64,000 nt of DNA from Gemmatimonadota bacterium (GCA_039588055.1 JBDHAN010000003.1:8249-72248); one strand, 5' to 3'. Positions 48,133 through 57,549 are shown, counted from the stretch's first letter. Translations and numbers: made by a program. The notes: generated from the letters alone by a model not told the origin.

Positions 48133-49169
48133 GGGCGCTGCCCGGTGAACAGACTCAACTGTGCGGCCGTGGGATATGCCCACTCCACGGATTCGTCTCC
48201 CTCAGTGTCGGTGTCGAAGATCCCGTACTGTTTGCCGATCTGCCGGAAACGTCGCTCGACCGCTGCGGCGTAACGGTCCGGCGCATCCCAGCCGTCACAG
48301 TATGCGGAGCGGTACCGCTCGGTGAGTTTTGGGAAATGCTGTTCGACGAGCGGCAGAAAACGATGCCGCACCGCTGGATAGAGTCTGAGTGGAACCGGGC
48401 GAATGAATTGCGCGCCTGCATGTTTCGCCGCCCGTAGCAGCTCACGGATGTGGTGCGTCGAATCGCTGATGCCGGGGAGCACCGGGGCCACGATGAGTCC
48501 AGCACGTACCCCAGCGCTGGTGAGTCGTCGGAGCGCCCGCAGGCGGACGTGGGGCATCGGTGAGCGCGACTCGAAGATCTTGATCACCCGTTCGTCCACG
48601 CTCAAGAGTGACACATAAACCGACAAGAGATGGTGTCGGGAGAGTTGTTTCAAGAGATCGACGTCACGACAGACAAGTGGGCTCTTGGTGATGAGACCGA
48701 CTCGCAGCCCCCGCTCGCGGCGCAACCGCGTGAGCACCGCGCGGGTGACATGATGCTGACGCTCGGCAGGCTGATAGGGATCTGTGCCTGTGCCAATGAG
48801 AATGGTTTGCGGGCCGTCTCGCGCCGTGCGCGATCGCACGCGGCGCAGATCCCGCTCGAGCGCGTTGAGCACGGCGTCTCGTGCTTTGACGAAAATGCGG
48901 TGCTCGAAGGGCTCGAGTCCCTTCGGGCTGCGAAGGTCTGCGAACTCTCGTTCGGTGATGCGTCCGCTGTCCCGCGCGCGCTCTGCGACATATCGATGGG
49001 CATAGCGCGCGTAGCAGTACGTGCAGCCGAATTCGCACCCGACGTAGGGATTAATGGACCAGAAATCCATGCCGGTGGATTCCGGCGAGTTGATGATGGA
49101 CTTGGCGGCGAGCTCCACGAACTTGGTGCCGCGGAGGCGCTCATCGAGCACGGGCAGGTCGGCTGCCAT
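48129..49169 (-). CDS. Radical SAM protein, SplB/Rv2578c-like DNA repair family
   Basis: SINPYVGCEFGCTYCYA, TDPYQPAE, TKS, APVLPGI. Ends in QLSLF. Confidence 0.9.
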   Translation of the reverse strand: MAADLPVLDERLRGTKFVELAAKSIINSPESTGMDFWSINPYVGCEFGCTYCYARYAHRYVAERARDSGRITEREFADLRSPKGLEPFEHRIFVKARDAVLNALERDLRRVRSRTARDGPQTILIGTGTDPYQPAERQHHVTRAVLTRLRRERGLRVGLITKSPLVCRDVDLLKQLSRHHLLSVYVSLLSVDERVIKIFESRSPMPHVRLRALRRLTSAGVRAGLIVAPVLPGISDSTHHIRELLRAAKHAGAQFIRPVPLRLYPAVRHRFLPLVEQHFPKLTERYRSAYCDGWDAPDRYAAAVERRFRQIGKQYGIFDTDTEGDESVEWAYPTAAQLSLFTGQRP

Positions 49170-49360
49170 TACCCGCACTTTCCCCAGCCACATGCCGGAC
49201 AGAAGGCACAGGCCGAGGAGCGAACGAGAGAGATGCCACAGTCGGGGCAGCTATCCCGATCGTTTGGTGTGAGGTCACCTTGGGAAATGTCTGTAAGTGT
49301 TTTTATAGTAAACACTTGCGAGACATCGACCAGACTTGTTTTCGGTCTTTCTTCGGGCAT
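49169..49360 (-). CDS. 63-aa zinc-ribbon microprotein
   Basis: CPDCG..L....C..CPACGWGKC; TAATG coupling to the radical SAM gene. Confidence 0.7.
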   Translation of the reverse strand: MPEERPKTSLVDVSQVFTIKTLTDISQGDLTPNDRDSCPDCGISLVRSSACAFCPACGWGKCG

Positions 49361-49384
49361 ACAAAACCGAATATAAGCCGAAAA
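49339..49384. promoter_or_regulatory. Candidate SOS-type operator TTCGG-N6-TTCGG-N10-CCGAA-N6-CCGAA
   Basis: Half-sites at 49341, 49352, 49367 and 49378, straddling the first start codon of the dnaE2 cassette. Confidence 0.65.
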
Positions 49385-49522
49385 TCTGCCTTCGCAAGCA
49401 GCTCTACACTGAAAGAGAGGGAGAACTGTTCAAGGTCGCAGCTACCGCAGTTTCGGACGCCTGAATCCCGTACCGGGCAATCCGCCGTGCATGACTTGCC
49501 ACACCCAGTCCCGGTGACGAGA

Positions 49523-49562
49523 TTGCCACCGCTCGGTCACGGGACAGTCACGTTTCTGTCAA
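49523..49562 (+). promoter_or_regulatory. Pho box-like 11-bp direct repeats
   Basis: ttGCCAC, cgGTCAC, caGTCAC, ctGTCAA at exact 11-bp period, upstream of phosphate genes. Confidence 0.7.
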
Positions 49563-49581
49563 AAGGAAATCGCAGGCCCTC

Positions 49582-50754
49582 TTGAGTCCCACGACAAGCT
49601 CACTCTCCACCCGCGCGCAAATGCTTGCTGCTCACCCGCTCGCGCGTGCGCTCGCTGTCATACTGCTGCTCTTCATTTTCCTGGTCGGGGTGAATGGCCT
49701 GGGGGACGGCTTCAAATCCCTGGGTCGCGGGTTGCTCGAATCGTTTTTCCAGGCCACGGAGAACCCGTTCGTGGCGCTCATGGTAGGGATTCTGGCGACG
49801 ACGCTCGTCCAGAGCTCATCGGTCACCACGTCGCTGATCGTCGGTCTGGTTGCGGCGCCCGGGGATCCTCTCCCCGTGGCGAATGCCGTGCCCATGGTGA
49901 TGGGGGCGAACATCGGAACGACCGTCACCAACACGATTGTGGCACTTGCACACATGGGACGGCGAGAAGAATTCCGTCGTGCGTTCTCAGTTGCCACGTG
50001 CCACGATTTCTTCAACTACATCGCTGTGGCAACGCTACTCCCGCTGGAGATGCTCACCGGGTATCTGCAGCGGACGGCGACCGTGTTGTCGTCGTTCTTC
50101 ACCGGGATTGGTGGGATGGAATACGACAGCCCGCTCAAGGGGCTGCTCAAGGCTGCGTTAGTGCCGATCAAGGATCTGATTGGGCTCGTGGTCTCTTCGC
50201 AGAAGGCTGCCGCAATCGTGCTGATTGTGGTGAGTGGACTGCTCATTTACGGAGCGCTGATGCTTCTCGTCCGCGTGATGCGCCGCGCAATGCACTCGCG
50301 TGTCGAAACCATCGTGTCCCGTGGCCTCCACCGATCGGTGTTCTACGCCATCCTGGTGGGTGTCTTGGTAACCGTTCTGGTACAATCGAGTTCGATCACG
50401 ACCTCGCTGCTTGTTCCGCTTGCCGGTGCGGGGTTGCTGACACTCCCGCAGGCATTTCCCATAACTATCGGTGCGAACATCGGTACGACCGTTACGGCGC
50501 TGATGGCGGCTCTTGCGGCCACCGGGGTCAATGCCGAAGCTGGCGTCACTATTGCGGTCGTGCATCTGTTGTTCAATCTATCTGGGACGCTGCTGGTCCT
50601 TCCAATCCAGCGGATTCGGAACATTCCGTTGCGCGCCGCGCAGTGGTTGGCCGATATCGCCGTCGAGTCTCGCGCCGTGGCGTTAAGCTACGTGGTCATT
50701 CTGTTCTACGGGTTGCCAGCGCTCTTTGCCGTGTTGAACATGCTTTTGTCGTAG
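49582..50754 (+). CDS. Na/Pi cotransporter (NptA/SLC34-like)
   Basis: Two QSSS and two GANIGTT repeats. Confidence 0.93.
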   Translation: MSPTTSSLSTRAQMLAAHPLARALAVILLLFIFLVGVNGLGDGFKSLGRGLLESFFQATENPFVALMVGILATTLVQSSSVTTSLIVGLVAAPGDPLPVANAVPMVMGANIGTTVTNTIVALAHMGRREEFRRAFSVATCHDFFNYIAVATLLPLEMLTGYLQRTATVLSSFFTGIGGMEYDSPLKGLLKAALVPIKDLIGLVVSSQKAAAIVLIVVSGLLIYGALMLLVRVMRRAMHSRVETIVSRGLHRSVFYAILVGVLVTVLVQSSSITTSLLVPLAGAGLLTLPQAFPITIGANIGTTVTALMAALAATGVNAEAGVTIAVVHLLFNLSGTLLVLPIQRIRNIPLRAAQWLADIAVESRAVALSYVVILFYGLPALFAVLNMLLS

Positions 50755-50768
50755 TTGGGGAGGCGCAC

Positions 50769-51467
50769 ATGCTTCGCGAGTTGCTCAGCATCTTTCGCTC
50801 GAACGAACCGCTCAGCCAGATGGGCGAGCAGTTTTCCCAAATGCTGAAACTGACGTACGAGATGACGCTCGCTGCCGGGGAGATCTACTTCCGCATGGAA
50901 GCTTCACCAGAGGCGCGGACGCAGGTCTACGCGCGAGACGTGCAAGTCAACAAGCTGGAACGAAAGATCCGCAAGAAGGTGATTGCCCATCTTTCATTGA
51001 GTGGCAACACCGCGTCGCTCCCCTACTGCCTTCTCCTCATGAGTCTCGTAAAGGACGTTGAGCGTATCGGCGATTATGCCAAGAACTTGTCGGAGGTGCT
51101 GGAATACCATCCCGATCCCTTGCCGGGCGATGAGATCATGGCGGAGTTGCAGGAAGTCCGCGCTGGCGTTGAAGCCGCGTTTGCTGTCACATCGGATGTG
51201 TTTGTGATGTCAGATCGCGAGCGGGCCGTCGAGTTGATCCAGCAGGCGCGTGATATCACCCACCGCTGTGACGTGTTGGTCGAACGTATTTCCCGCAGTA
51301 GCTACAACGCCAGCAGCACGACAGCTGCTGTCCTGGGCGCGCGCTACTACAAGCGCATCGGCGCGCACGTCTTGAACGTGCTCTCGAGCGTCGTGATGCC
51401 GCTGCACAAGCTGGATTATTACGATGAGAGTGAGCTGCCCCCAAATGACGAGGAGGGAGCGGAGTAG
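50769..51467 (+). CDS. PhoU-domain protein
   Basis: D..VN..ER, KDVERIGDYAKN, KRIGAH; GGGAGG RBS. Confidence 0.88.
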   Translation: MLRELLSIFRSNEPLSQMGEQFSQMLKLTYEMTLAAGEIYFRMEASPEARTQVYARDVQVNKLERKIRKKVIAHLSLSGNTASLPYCLLLMSLVKDVERIGDYAKNLSEVLEYHPDPLPGDEIMAELQEVRAGVEAAFAVTSDVFVMSDRERAVELIQQARDITHRCDVLVERISRSSYNASSTTAAVLGARYYKRIGAHVLNVLSSVVMPLHKLDYYDESELPPNDEEGAE

Positions 51468-51482
51468 CCGAGCGCCGGTCTA

Positions 51483-52151
51483 CTACACGCTGGGCGACTC
51501 GCCGGGACGCGTCGTTGCCGCGTCGAGGTCTACCATCTGAATCCCGCTGCTATACGTCGTGAACGGCGCGTCAACGATGTCGCCGAGCTTCTCGATCTGC
51601 TTGGCCATCCGTGTGGCCGCATCTTGAATGGCGATCAACGATTCCCTCTGCTCGTTGTCGAGGCCCTTCGGATCGGTCTCGAGCAGTTGGCTCTCCGTGA
51701 CGACGACCGTCAGCGCGTTGTTCAACTCGTGCTGAATGGCGACGGCAAACTGCCCGATCGTCGCCATGCGCTCGTTCTTGAGCGCGCGGTTATAGAAGCC
51801 GTGCAGCTGCTCTGAGAGAGACCCCACCGCAATCGCCAGCGTGCCGAACGCGATGTAGATCGGCACGGTGATGCGCCAGTCGTCGGGCGTGAAATTGAGG
51901 GCCACTACGAGCTGCACGCCGATGAACAGAATCGTCCCCATGATGAGTGCCACAAACGCGCCCTTCACACCGTAATGCAGTGAGAGCAGGAACGCCGGCA
52001 CGAGTGTCACCAGCCAGACGAGCTCATCCGTGAGACTCGGGTCCTCGGGGAAGAACACCTGCACCACAACCGGGAGGACAAACGCCGTTGCCGTGTAGAT
52101 CCAAAACCTGGGCGAGAGCTTGGGCCGATGGGATACCGGCTCCATCTCCAT
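51483..52151 (-). CDS. 4TM membrane protein with HisKA-like H-box and no ATPase domain
   Basis: Four TM segments, then ERMATIGQFAVAIQHELNNAL; ends about 75 aa after the His. Start uncertain. Confidence 0.8.
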   Translation of the reverse strand: MEMEPVSHRPKLSPRFWIYTATAFVLPVVVQVFFPEDPSLTDELVWLVTLVPAFLLSLHYGVKGAFVALIMGTILFIGVQLVVALNFTPDDWRITVPIYIAFGTLAIAVGSLSEQLHGFYNRALKNERMATIGQFAVAIQHELNNALTVVVTESQLLETDPKGLDNEQRESLIAIQDAATRMAKQIEKLGDIVDAPFTTYSSGIQMVDLDAATTRPGESPSV

Positions 52152-52259
52152 GAGGCGTATGACCGATCGACGGAGCGACATGGGTTCCTCGAGCGTTGGT
52201 GGTGACTGACCTGCGTGCGTGCAAGATGTCGGGTTCCGTCGTGTCGGGAAAGGTGGTCG

Positions 52260-54500
52260 TCACGATTGGGTCGCGTGATCGGTGCTGAAGACGGCTGCGT
52301 CAATTGTGAAGGCCGGAGTCCGGTCGGAGATCGGGCGTCGGCGTGCCAGCCAGGTCTCGAGCGGACGATAGCGTGGCCGAACAGTGAGCTGGTCGCGTAA
52401 CTCTCGCGCACTCCCTTCCCTGAGACCGGCGTTCAGTTGCTCGAGCGTTGCGTCGAGCAGCGCGAGCAGTCGCTCGTCGCGGCGCGTGTATGCCGAACGA
52501 GCCAGTCGAAGAAGCCGTCGTCGGAGCCAAACCGTCGCCCGGTCGGACGGCGGAGCACTAACAAGCTGCAATCTGCAGCGGAGTGCCTCCATCAGTGGAA
52601 CGGCTAGGCCTGGCCGAAGTTCGCGTTCAGCCGATGGCGCATGAGCCAAATCCGAGAGCAGGGTGCCCAGGGTCCTGAAGTCGCGGATTGGCTTCCGTGA
52701 AAGGCCTTCGAGAGCAAGTAGGTCGCGCAATTCATCCGACCCATACCCCCAAGTGACAGCGGCCATGGTCGCCGGAAAGGCCTCGACGGCGGCGAAGACA
52801 GTTGACTTGCGTCCGGGATCGACGTCGCGCCCCGTCGCCAACCGCTCGTGGGCCTCCAGCATGCTGTTGGCCACGTGGCCCTGGCCGACCACACTCGTCG
52901 CGGCCACGCCAAGTTCGAGCTGGTCCCTCACCTTGCGGGCAAGTCGCAGCTCCATGCGGAGGCGACGGGCCAATACCGGAGGTGGCGCGAACCAGCATAT
53001 GTGTGCCGTCGTGTGAGATGATCCCAGACGCGCAATGCGGCCCACTCGCTGTGCCAGTCGTACAGGTGACCACGGAAGATCGAAGTGGACGACGGTATCG
53101 GCGTCCTGCAGGTCGAGTCCCTCGCTCACGAGGTCGGTCGCGATCAGCACCGTGACACGCATCGACCGAGACGGCTCGGCTGCGCGACGAGCTCGCGGCG
53201 CGAAGAGGTTGAGCGCCGTGTCTGGTGCCGTGGGTCCCGAGGCAATCCACGCCTGTCCCCCGGCGACGACTGCGGTCTCTCTCCATTGGAGTCGTCGCGC
53301 GAGGTCGAGTGCCGTCGAGACGGCCGTGACAAAGACGATGGTCTTCCGGTCGTGCCGATGACACAGCAACTCTCTAAGACGAGCGGCTTTCGGATTGTCC
53401 TTGTCCTCGAACGGCAGTCGCCTGAGGAGGCGAAGCACCCGGTCGCGCTCCACGGCAAACGACTGCCCTGATGTGGGCTCTGATGCCTGGCACGAATACA
53501 CCCCGAGCTCGAACTGCAGGTCGTCACCTGGTCCGAAGACGGTACGCGATTCTCGGCGGGACAGGTGCTCACCGAGGGAGGCCGCAGTTTCCGCACGGTC
53601 GAGGTACGTGGTGTGCCGCCGGAGGGTGTCCCGCAGGGCCTCGGGAGACGAGGCCAGGCGGTGATACAGGTGTGCGCGGAGAAGATGTGCGCCCGGCGTC
53701 CCGTCGAAGCCCGGGAATGTGAGCTGGTCGATCTGCTCAAGAACGCTGTCGAGAGTGTCGACCGGCAACGGTGCCAGCCGTTCCACTCTCCCGTCGCGTG
53801 CCGCTGGCATGCGCATGTCGTGTGGAAGAGTGATCGAACGCTCGGAGCGTGCGACGGTGAACTGCGTAGCGGCGTAGGTGATCGCCATGTGGTCGCCAAT
53901 GTCGGCAGCACCTTCGAGTGATGGGACACCGAGTACCGCGAGAGCGTGGTCGGGTAGGAAGAGACGGAGCAGTCGGAGGAGATCCTTCGGGTTGTTCACG
54001 ACGGGTGTGGCAGAGACGAGCAGTGTGTCAGCGTCGCCCAAGTCACGAGATAACCGATCGTATCGTCGCGTGCCCGGATTGCGGAAACGGTGTGCTTCGT
54101 CAACGATCACGAGATCGGCGCGACGAACTCGTGCTCCCCGGCTCAGTGCTTCGTGTGAAACGACCCGTACGGGCTGCCGGCATGACTGTGCCGTATGTGC
54201 CCACTGAGCCTTGAGCGATGCAGGCACGACGGCAACTGGCCGGCGGTACCGGCTTGCAACGGCAAGGGCGACATAGGTCTTCCCAAGTCCGACAGCGTCT
54301 GCAAGCAGTGCACCGCCAAACACCCGCAGCGCGCCCGACAGGCGCCGCGCCGCCACCACTTGATGCGGATAGAGCCATGCAGGTGGGTTCCAGTCAGATG
54401 CTTGGCATCCCAGTGTCGCCCTCCGGAGCAGTGGAACAATTGCCGAGGGTTCCTCGGCACGCGCGCCATCGAACTTGAGCCATATCGGCTCCCGGACCAC
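52260..54500 (-). CDS. SNF2-like helicase/translocase
   Basis: YPHQ, LLADAVGLGKT, DEAH, SATP, SEGLDLQ, QRVGRIAR. Start (GTG 54500) uncertain. Confidence 0.88.
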   Translation of the reverse strand: MVREPIWLKFDGARAEEPSAIVPLLRRATLGCQASDWNPPAWLYPHQVVAARRLSGALRVFGGALLADAVGLGKTYVALAVASRYRRPVAVVPASLKAQWAHTAQSCRQPVRVVSHEALSRGARVRRADLVIVDEAHRFRNPGTRRYDRLSRDLGDADTLLVSATPVVNNPKDLLRLLRLFLPDHALAVLGVPSLEGAADIGDHMAITYAATQFTVARSERSITLPHDMRMPAARDGRVERLAPLPVDTLDSVLEQIDQLTFPGFDGTPGAHLLRAHLYHRLASSPEALRDTLRRHTTYLDRAETAASLGEHLSRRESRTVFGPGDDLQFELGVYSCQASEPTSGQSFAVERDRVLRLLRRLPFEDKDNPKAARLRELLCHRHDRKTIVFVTAVSTALDLARRLQWRETAVVAGGQAWIASGPTAPDTALNLFAPRARRAAEPSRSMRVTVLIATDLVSEGLDLQDADTVVHFDLPWSPVRLAQRVGRIARLGSSHTTAHICWFAPPPVLARRLRMELRLARKVRDQLELGVAATSVVGQGHVANSMLEAHERLATGRDVDPGRKSTVFAAVEAFPATMAAVTWGYGSDELRDLLALEGLSRKPIRDFRTLGTLLSDLAHAPSAERELRPGLAVPLMEALRCRLQLVSAPPSDRATVWLRRRLLRLARSAYTRRDERLLALLDATLEQLNAGLREGSARELRDQLTVRPRYRPLETWLARRRPISDRTPAFTIDAAVFSTDHATQS

Positions 54501-54510
54501 TCGCAGGTCT

Positions 54511-57500
54511 TTAGCCGTGATGATCGGCCAGGGATCGCAGACACTCCCTGACGGAGCCCGAGAGGTCCAACGCGTCCGCAACCGCTTCGTCGAGGTCGGA
54601 TTGGCTGACATGATTGCCGTGGTGCGCCTTGGCGCTCAGCGTGGCGAGCGCACGTTGTTTGTTGTTCGTGGAAGGCACCGGAATCGCCGATGCCACACGA
54701 GCGTTCAGACGTCGGTATCCACCGCGGGCCTCGTCAGCGGTGGTGGCCATGAGCACCGTCGCCCAGGTGGAATTGAAAACGGCCGCCGCGGAGAGGGCTG
54801 GTTGCCGCTCGGTAAAGGGCGCGACATAACACGTGTTGAGGGGAATGGCCGACGCTGCTCCGGCGGTCTCCAGGACCACCGCCAGCGCTCGCCGCGCGAT
54901 GTCGGGCCACACGAGGCGGAATGGCGCCATGGTCGCCTTGATGCGAAACAGGGTCCACAAGGGCCCGCGCCCGTAGTCGGAGCGCTGCTCGAGCCGTGTA
55001 CGGTGTGCCTCGACGTGTTGCCGTGTTCGAGGCGGAATGGCTGCGCGTACTTCGCCGTGGTGTCCGTATCCCCACACAATGCATCTTTGCGGGTCGGCGC
55101 CGAAGCGTCGCAGGTCGCGGCCGCGGAGTGCGGGACGCAGCATCTCTGGTTCGACACATGTCTCCGCGGCACCGAATTGCACTCGGACGCCGCACGCCGA
55201 CTCGGAAATGACCGTGCCAACGAAGACGCTGTCAGCACCCGTCTTGACACCGAGAGACGGCCGCGCAATCGTGCTCAGTGGCGTGCCAGAGGCAGTCAAC
55301 TCGTGGAGCGCCTGTCTCGCCCGATCCGGTACGAGCACCCATGGACCGTCTCCGTTCAGTGAGCACTGTGAGACGGTCTCACCTTCTGAAGCTCCGATGT
55401 CGACTGCATGCGTCCGAGGGGGCGCGGCCTTCTGCACGACGATGGCAAGGGGATAGGTCGTAGCCCCAAAGCGGTTTGCCTCTGTGGGCGATACACGATA
55501 CAGGTTGGTGATAGTGGTCTCGCGGACCAGATGTTGCCGCATGATCCGGCCGTAACCTGACGACGCAACCTTGCTCGGCATGAGAAAGCCGATCACCCCG
55601 TTTGGCGCGGTGAGCTCGAGCGCACGCTCGAGAAACGCAACCGCCAGGTCTGGCAGGTGAGCGTAGCCACGGTCACCGCTCGCACGCCACCATGAGTAGC
55701 GAGTACGGAGCACCTGACGTTCGTCGGGCGCCAGCCGCTCGGCGCGGACCCATGGTGGATTTCCCAGTACCGCATGGAAGCCTCCACGAGTCATCACGTC
55801 TGGTGCATGGACTTCGAACGAGAAGAAGGGAGCAGATCCGTCGCGCACCGAGCGGAGTGCACTTGCCAGCGCGGAGCGGTTGTGCTTGATCGCTCGGTAG
55901 GTGGACCACTGCCTTGGCGAGAGACCCGCTTGTTTTCCAAAGAGGTCTCGAGCCAGTGCGGCGGATCGGAGCTCCTGCAATCGAGCGCTCTCCACTTGGA
56001 TGGCGCGCTGCAGCGAGATGGTGGCCAGCTCCCGCTCGGCATCGTGCAGCGAAGCCACTGCGGCATGACCGGCGTCTCCGTGTGCCTCAAACACCTGGCG
56101 GCGGGCGGCTTGCACGGCGCGAATTGCCCGCGTGCGCCGTGCACCACTCTGGTGGGTGGCGAGCCGCGCTGTGGACAGCGGATCCAAAAGGGTGTTTCCT
56201 TGACGGACGACGCCGTCGAGGTTCGGAAGCGGGGCAATTTTGCTGATATCGGTTGTGGGGTCGTCGACTACGACCGCAAGCCAGAGCCTCAGCTCGGCAA
56301 GCCGCACAGCCATGGGATTCACGTCCACGCCGAAAAGGTTCTCCTTGAGAATCCGGCGACGAAGCGCGTGTGGGTGAGGCGGGGACCGGGAGCCGTCGAC
56401 GGTCATCGCCGCGGTGCTGAGTGATTCGAGCGCTGCCAATAGGAACGCCCCGGAGCCGACTGCAGGGTCGAGGACACGGATACGGCGCAGGGCCTTTGAC
56501 CGTTCTCCCATCCCGTCGAGAGCGATGCGGAGGGTTGTATCGACGATGGTGCGGACAACGCTCTCGGGAGTGTAGAACGTCCCGCTGTTTGCACGCTCGT
56601 CGGGGTCCATCAGGCGCTCGAACACGCGACCCAGCATGTCAGGTGCGATGGCATCCACCGTATCTGACTCACGCACACAGAACGTGAACCGATCGAACAG
56701 ACGCTCGAACGCATCGCGCCACAGATCGTTGGCAAAGTGCACGGGTCCGATACGCTGCTCGACAGGGTGCGTCTCAAAGAGCCCGCCGTTCAAATAGGGA
56801 ATCCCAGGTTCACGCACCCCGTCGGCACGGCGCGTCATCGGGCGGTTCAGCGTGCCAAAGAAGAGTGGATCGAGAGACGTACGGTGAAATGGACGACCGT
56901 CTCCGAGCGCACGATCCAGCAGCCCTCGCATGTAGTCCGTTCGACCTGCCAGCCATCCCTTGGTCTGGATGAAGTAGAGGAACAGCATTCGAGTGAGTGC
57001 CAGGAGTGCCACCATGCGGCGGTCGACGAGACTCCTTCGGCGGTCACATGACGCGGCCATTCGCTCGAGCGTGATTCGGAACTCGGTGAAGAAGCGCTGG
57101 CCGGCTGGCTCCGCGGAGAGGACTTCGAGCACCGCGAGGGCGTGAGCCAAAGCCGTTGAGGACGGACGCGGCCGAAGTCGCTCGAGACGCTCGAGGGCAA
57201 AAGATGTCGGATGGGCGAGCGACACCAGCAGCCCCCGCGTGCTGCCGGTTTTGCCGATAAGTGGCGCTGCGAGGGCGAGCTCGCTGCCACCTATGGCGAC
57301 TGCCATCGCGCGGTCACCGAGCGATGCGAGCCTCCGCGCCAGCGATCGGGCGGTGGGGAGTGGTGTTTGGCTGCTGCTGCACAGGACCCGGAAGCCACAC
57401 CATCGGGCAACCACTCGGGCCTCGTTGGCACCTGGCTCGTCTGCGGCAGTGTAGCCCAAGTGGACGAACAGCGGCGACACATCCCGTGTGGCTTGGATTT

Positions 57501-57549
57501 GAGCGAGAAGTTGGGGAAGCATGGACCGGTCTTGCTGCGACGGGTCCAC
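54511..57549 (-). CDS. Large N6-adenine DNA methyltransferase (Eco57I/type IIG-like gamma class)
   Basis: YLNGGLF, LGRVFE, GTFYTP, DPAVGSG (motif I), GNPPW (motif IV), TaqI-C-like tail (GVKTG, LRGRD, NST). Start 57549 or 57522. Confidence 0.88.
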   Translation of the reverse strand: MDPSQQDRSMLPQLLAQIQATRDVSPLFVHLGYTAADEPGANEARVVARWCGFRVLCSSSQTPLPTARSLARRLASLGDRAMAVAIGGSELALAAPLIGKTGSTRGLLVSLAHPTSFALERLERLRPRPSSTALAHALAVLEVLSAEPAGQRFFTEFRITLERMAASCDRRRSLVDRRMVALLALTRMLFLYFIQTKGWLAGRTDYMRGLLDRALGDGRPFHRTSLDPLFFGTLNRPMTRRADGVREPGIPYLNGGLFETHPVEQRIGPVHFANDLWRDAFERLFDRFTFCVRESDTVDAIAPDMLGRVFERLMDPDERANSGTFYTPESVVRTIVDTTLRIALDGMGERSKALRRIRVLDPAVGSGAFLLAALESLSTAAMTVDGSRSPPHPHALRRRILKENLFGVDVNPMAVRLAELRLWLAVVVDDPTTDISKIAPLPNLDGVVRQGNTLLDPLSTARLATHQSGARRTRAIRAVQAARRQVFEAHGDAGHAAVASLHDAERELATISLQRAIQVESARLQELRSAALARDLFGKQAGLSPRQWSTYRAIKHNRSALASALRSVRDGSAPFFSFEVHAPDVMTRGGFHAVLGNPPWVRAERLAPDERQVLRTRYSWWRASGDRGYAHLPDLAVAFLERALELTAPNGVIGFLMPSKVASSGYGRIMRQHLVRETTITNLYRVSPTEANRFGATTYPLAIVVQKAAPPRTHAVDIGASEGETVSQCSLNGDGPWVLVPDRARQALHELTASGTPLSTIARPSLGVKTGADSVFVGTVISESACGVRVQFGAAETCVEPEMLRPALRGRDLRRFGADPQRCIVWGYGHHGEVRAAIPPRTRQHVEAHRTRLEQRSDYGRGPLWTLFRIKATMAPFRLVWPDIARRALAVVLETAGAASAIPLNTCYVAPFTERQPALSAAAVFNSTWATVLMATTADEARGGYRRLNARVASAIPVPSTNNKQRALATLSAKAHHGNHVSQSDLDEAVADALDLSGSVRECLRSLADHHG

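Noticed and set aside
49998-50768. Extension of the PhoU ORF (likewise the ORF-track starts at 6947, 8964 and 13380)
   Set aside because: Overlap well-supported genes. Internal starts have an RBS or stop-start coupling.
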